Source: an uncultured Actinomycetota bacterium | GTDB lineage: Bacteria; Actinomycetota; Actinomycetes; Mycobacteriales; CADCTP01 | Assembly (NCBI GenBank): GCA_963849885.1 | Contig: CAWKIV010000006.1 | Span: 653,032-717,031 of the forward strand | Direction: 5' to 3' | Length of the DNA: 64,000 bases | Shown: positions 63,827 through 64,000 of the stretch, piece after piece | Position numbering within the stretch: position 1 is the stretch's first letter | Layout: each line of letters starts with the position of its first letter | The notes under the pieces: model-generated | Databases searched by the model: none | What the model was told of the DNA's origin: nothing | What the model saw: only the letters and a program-made list of their open reading frames with translations | Position numbers and translations under genes: made by a program

Positions 63827-64000
63827 TCAGGCGGGCAGGGCCAGTCCGAGCACCACGATGGCGACCGCCAGGCCCCCGTAGCAGAGCACGTCCACGAGCC
63901 GGCCGCGGACCGCGAGCAGGCCGGCCTGGCGGGCCGGCAGCAGCAGCCGGAAGACCCCGGCCAGCCCGCAGGCGACGGCGAGCAGCAGCACCCCGCGCAG
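63827..64000 (-). CDS. Small membrane protein, 3' part only (gene continues beyond the window)
   Basis: The minus-strand frame ends ...LVDVLCYGGLAVAIVVLGLALPA with a stop at 63827-63829. It is hydrophobic. A DUF3017-like identity is a guess based on common actinobacterial synteny. Confidence 0.4.
   Translation of the reverse strand: MRGVLLLAVACGLAGVFRLLLPARQAGLLAVRGRLVDVLCYGGLAVAIVVLGLALPA

Overview
This is a very high-GC window (over 70% by eye; third-codon positions almost all G/C) that looks like an actinobacterial chromosome. A Micromonosporaceae- or Streptomyces-like origin is inferred from gene content only. I support about 62 protein-coding genes. I found no rRNA, tRNA, CRISPR array, transposase or integrase.

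Most of the content is ordinary core or accessory metabolism:
- a hydroxyquinol/maleylacetate/dienelactone-hydrolase aromatic-degradation trio (1970-4968)
- an MMPL transporter
- an ECF sigma / anti-sigma / ABC operon (21172-24581)
- GGT and GNAT genes
- an ABC / two-component operon (32398-35887)
- a vapBC pair
- a nucleoside-salvage cluster (deoA, cdd, BMP-type ABC transporter; add lies about 7 kb away)
- trpS with a 2H phosphoesterase and yihY
- galE-galK, murA, and an IDH-like gene coupled to mdh

Most of the long ORFs in the six-frame track are out-of-frame, high-GC artefacts.

Observations worth a second look:
1. Two related intergenic arrays (27528-27650 and 32183-32400) consist of tandem 19-20 bp units followed by tandem units of the inverse complement. 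Both sit between convergent genes and put TGA in all three frames on both strands.
2. More generally, short tandem duplications reiterate the stop codon at several gene 3' ends.
3. An XRE HTH gene is translationally coupled to a ClpP-like protein in which all three catalytic-triad positions are substituted. It lies next to a DUF222-HNH gene.
4. A nucleoside ABC ATPase has no in-frame stop before the downstream permease.
5. A short DnaN (beta-clamp) domain II-III-like protein carries a remnant MerR HTH.
6. There are four or five apparent frameshifts, two of them at homopolymer runs. They could be real pseudogenes or assembly errors, so they limit confidence in any pseudogene call.

All family assignments come from reading the translations and remembered family signatures. 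No database search was run.
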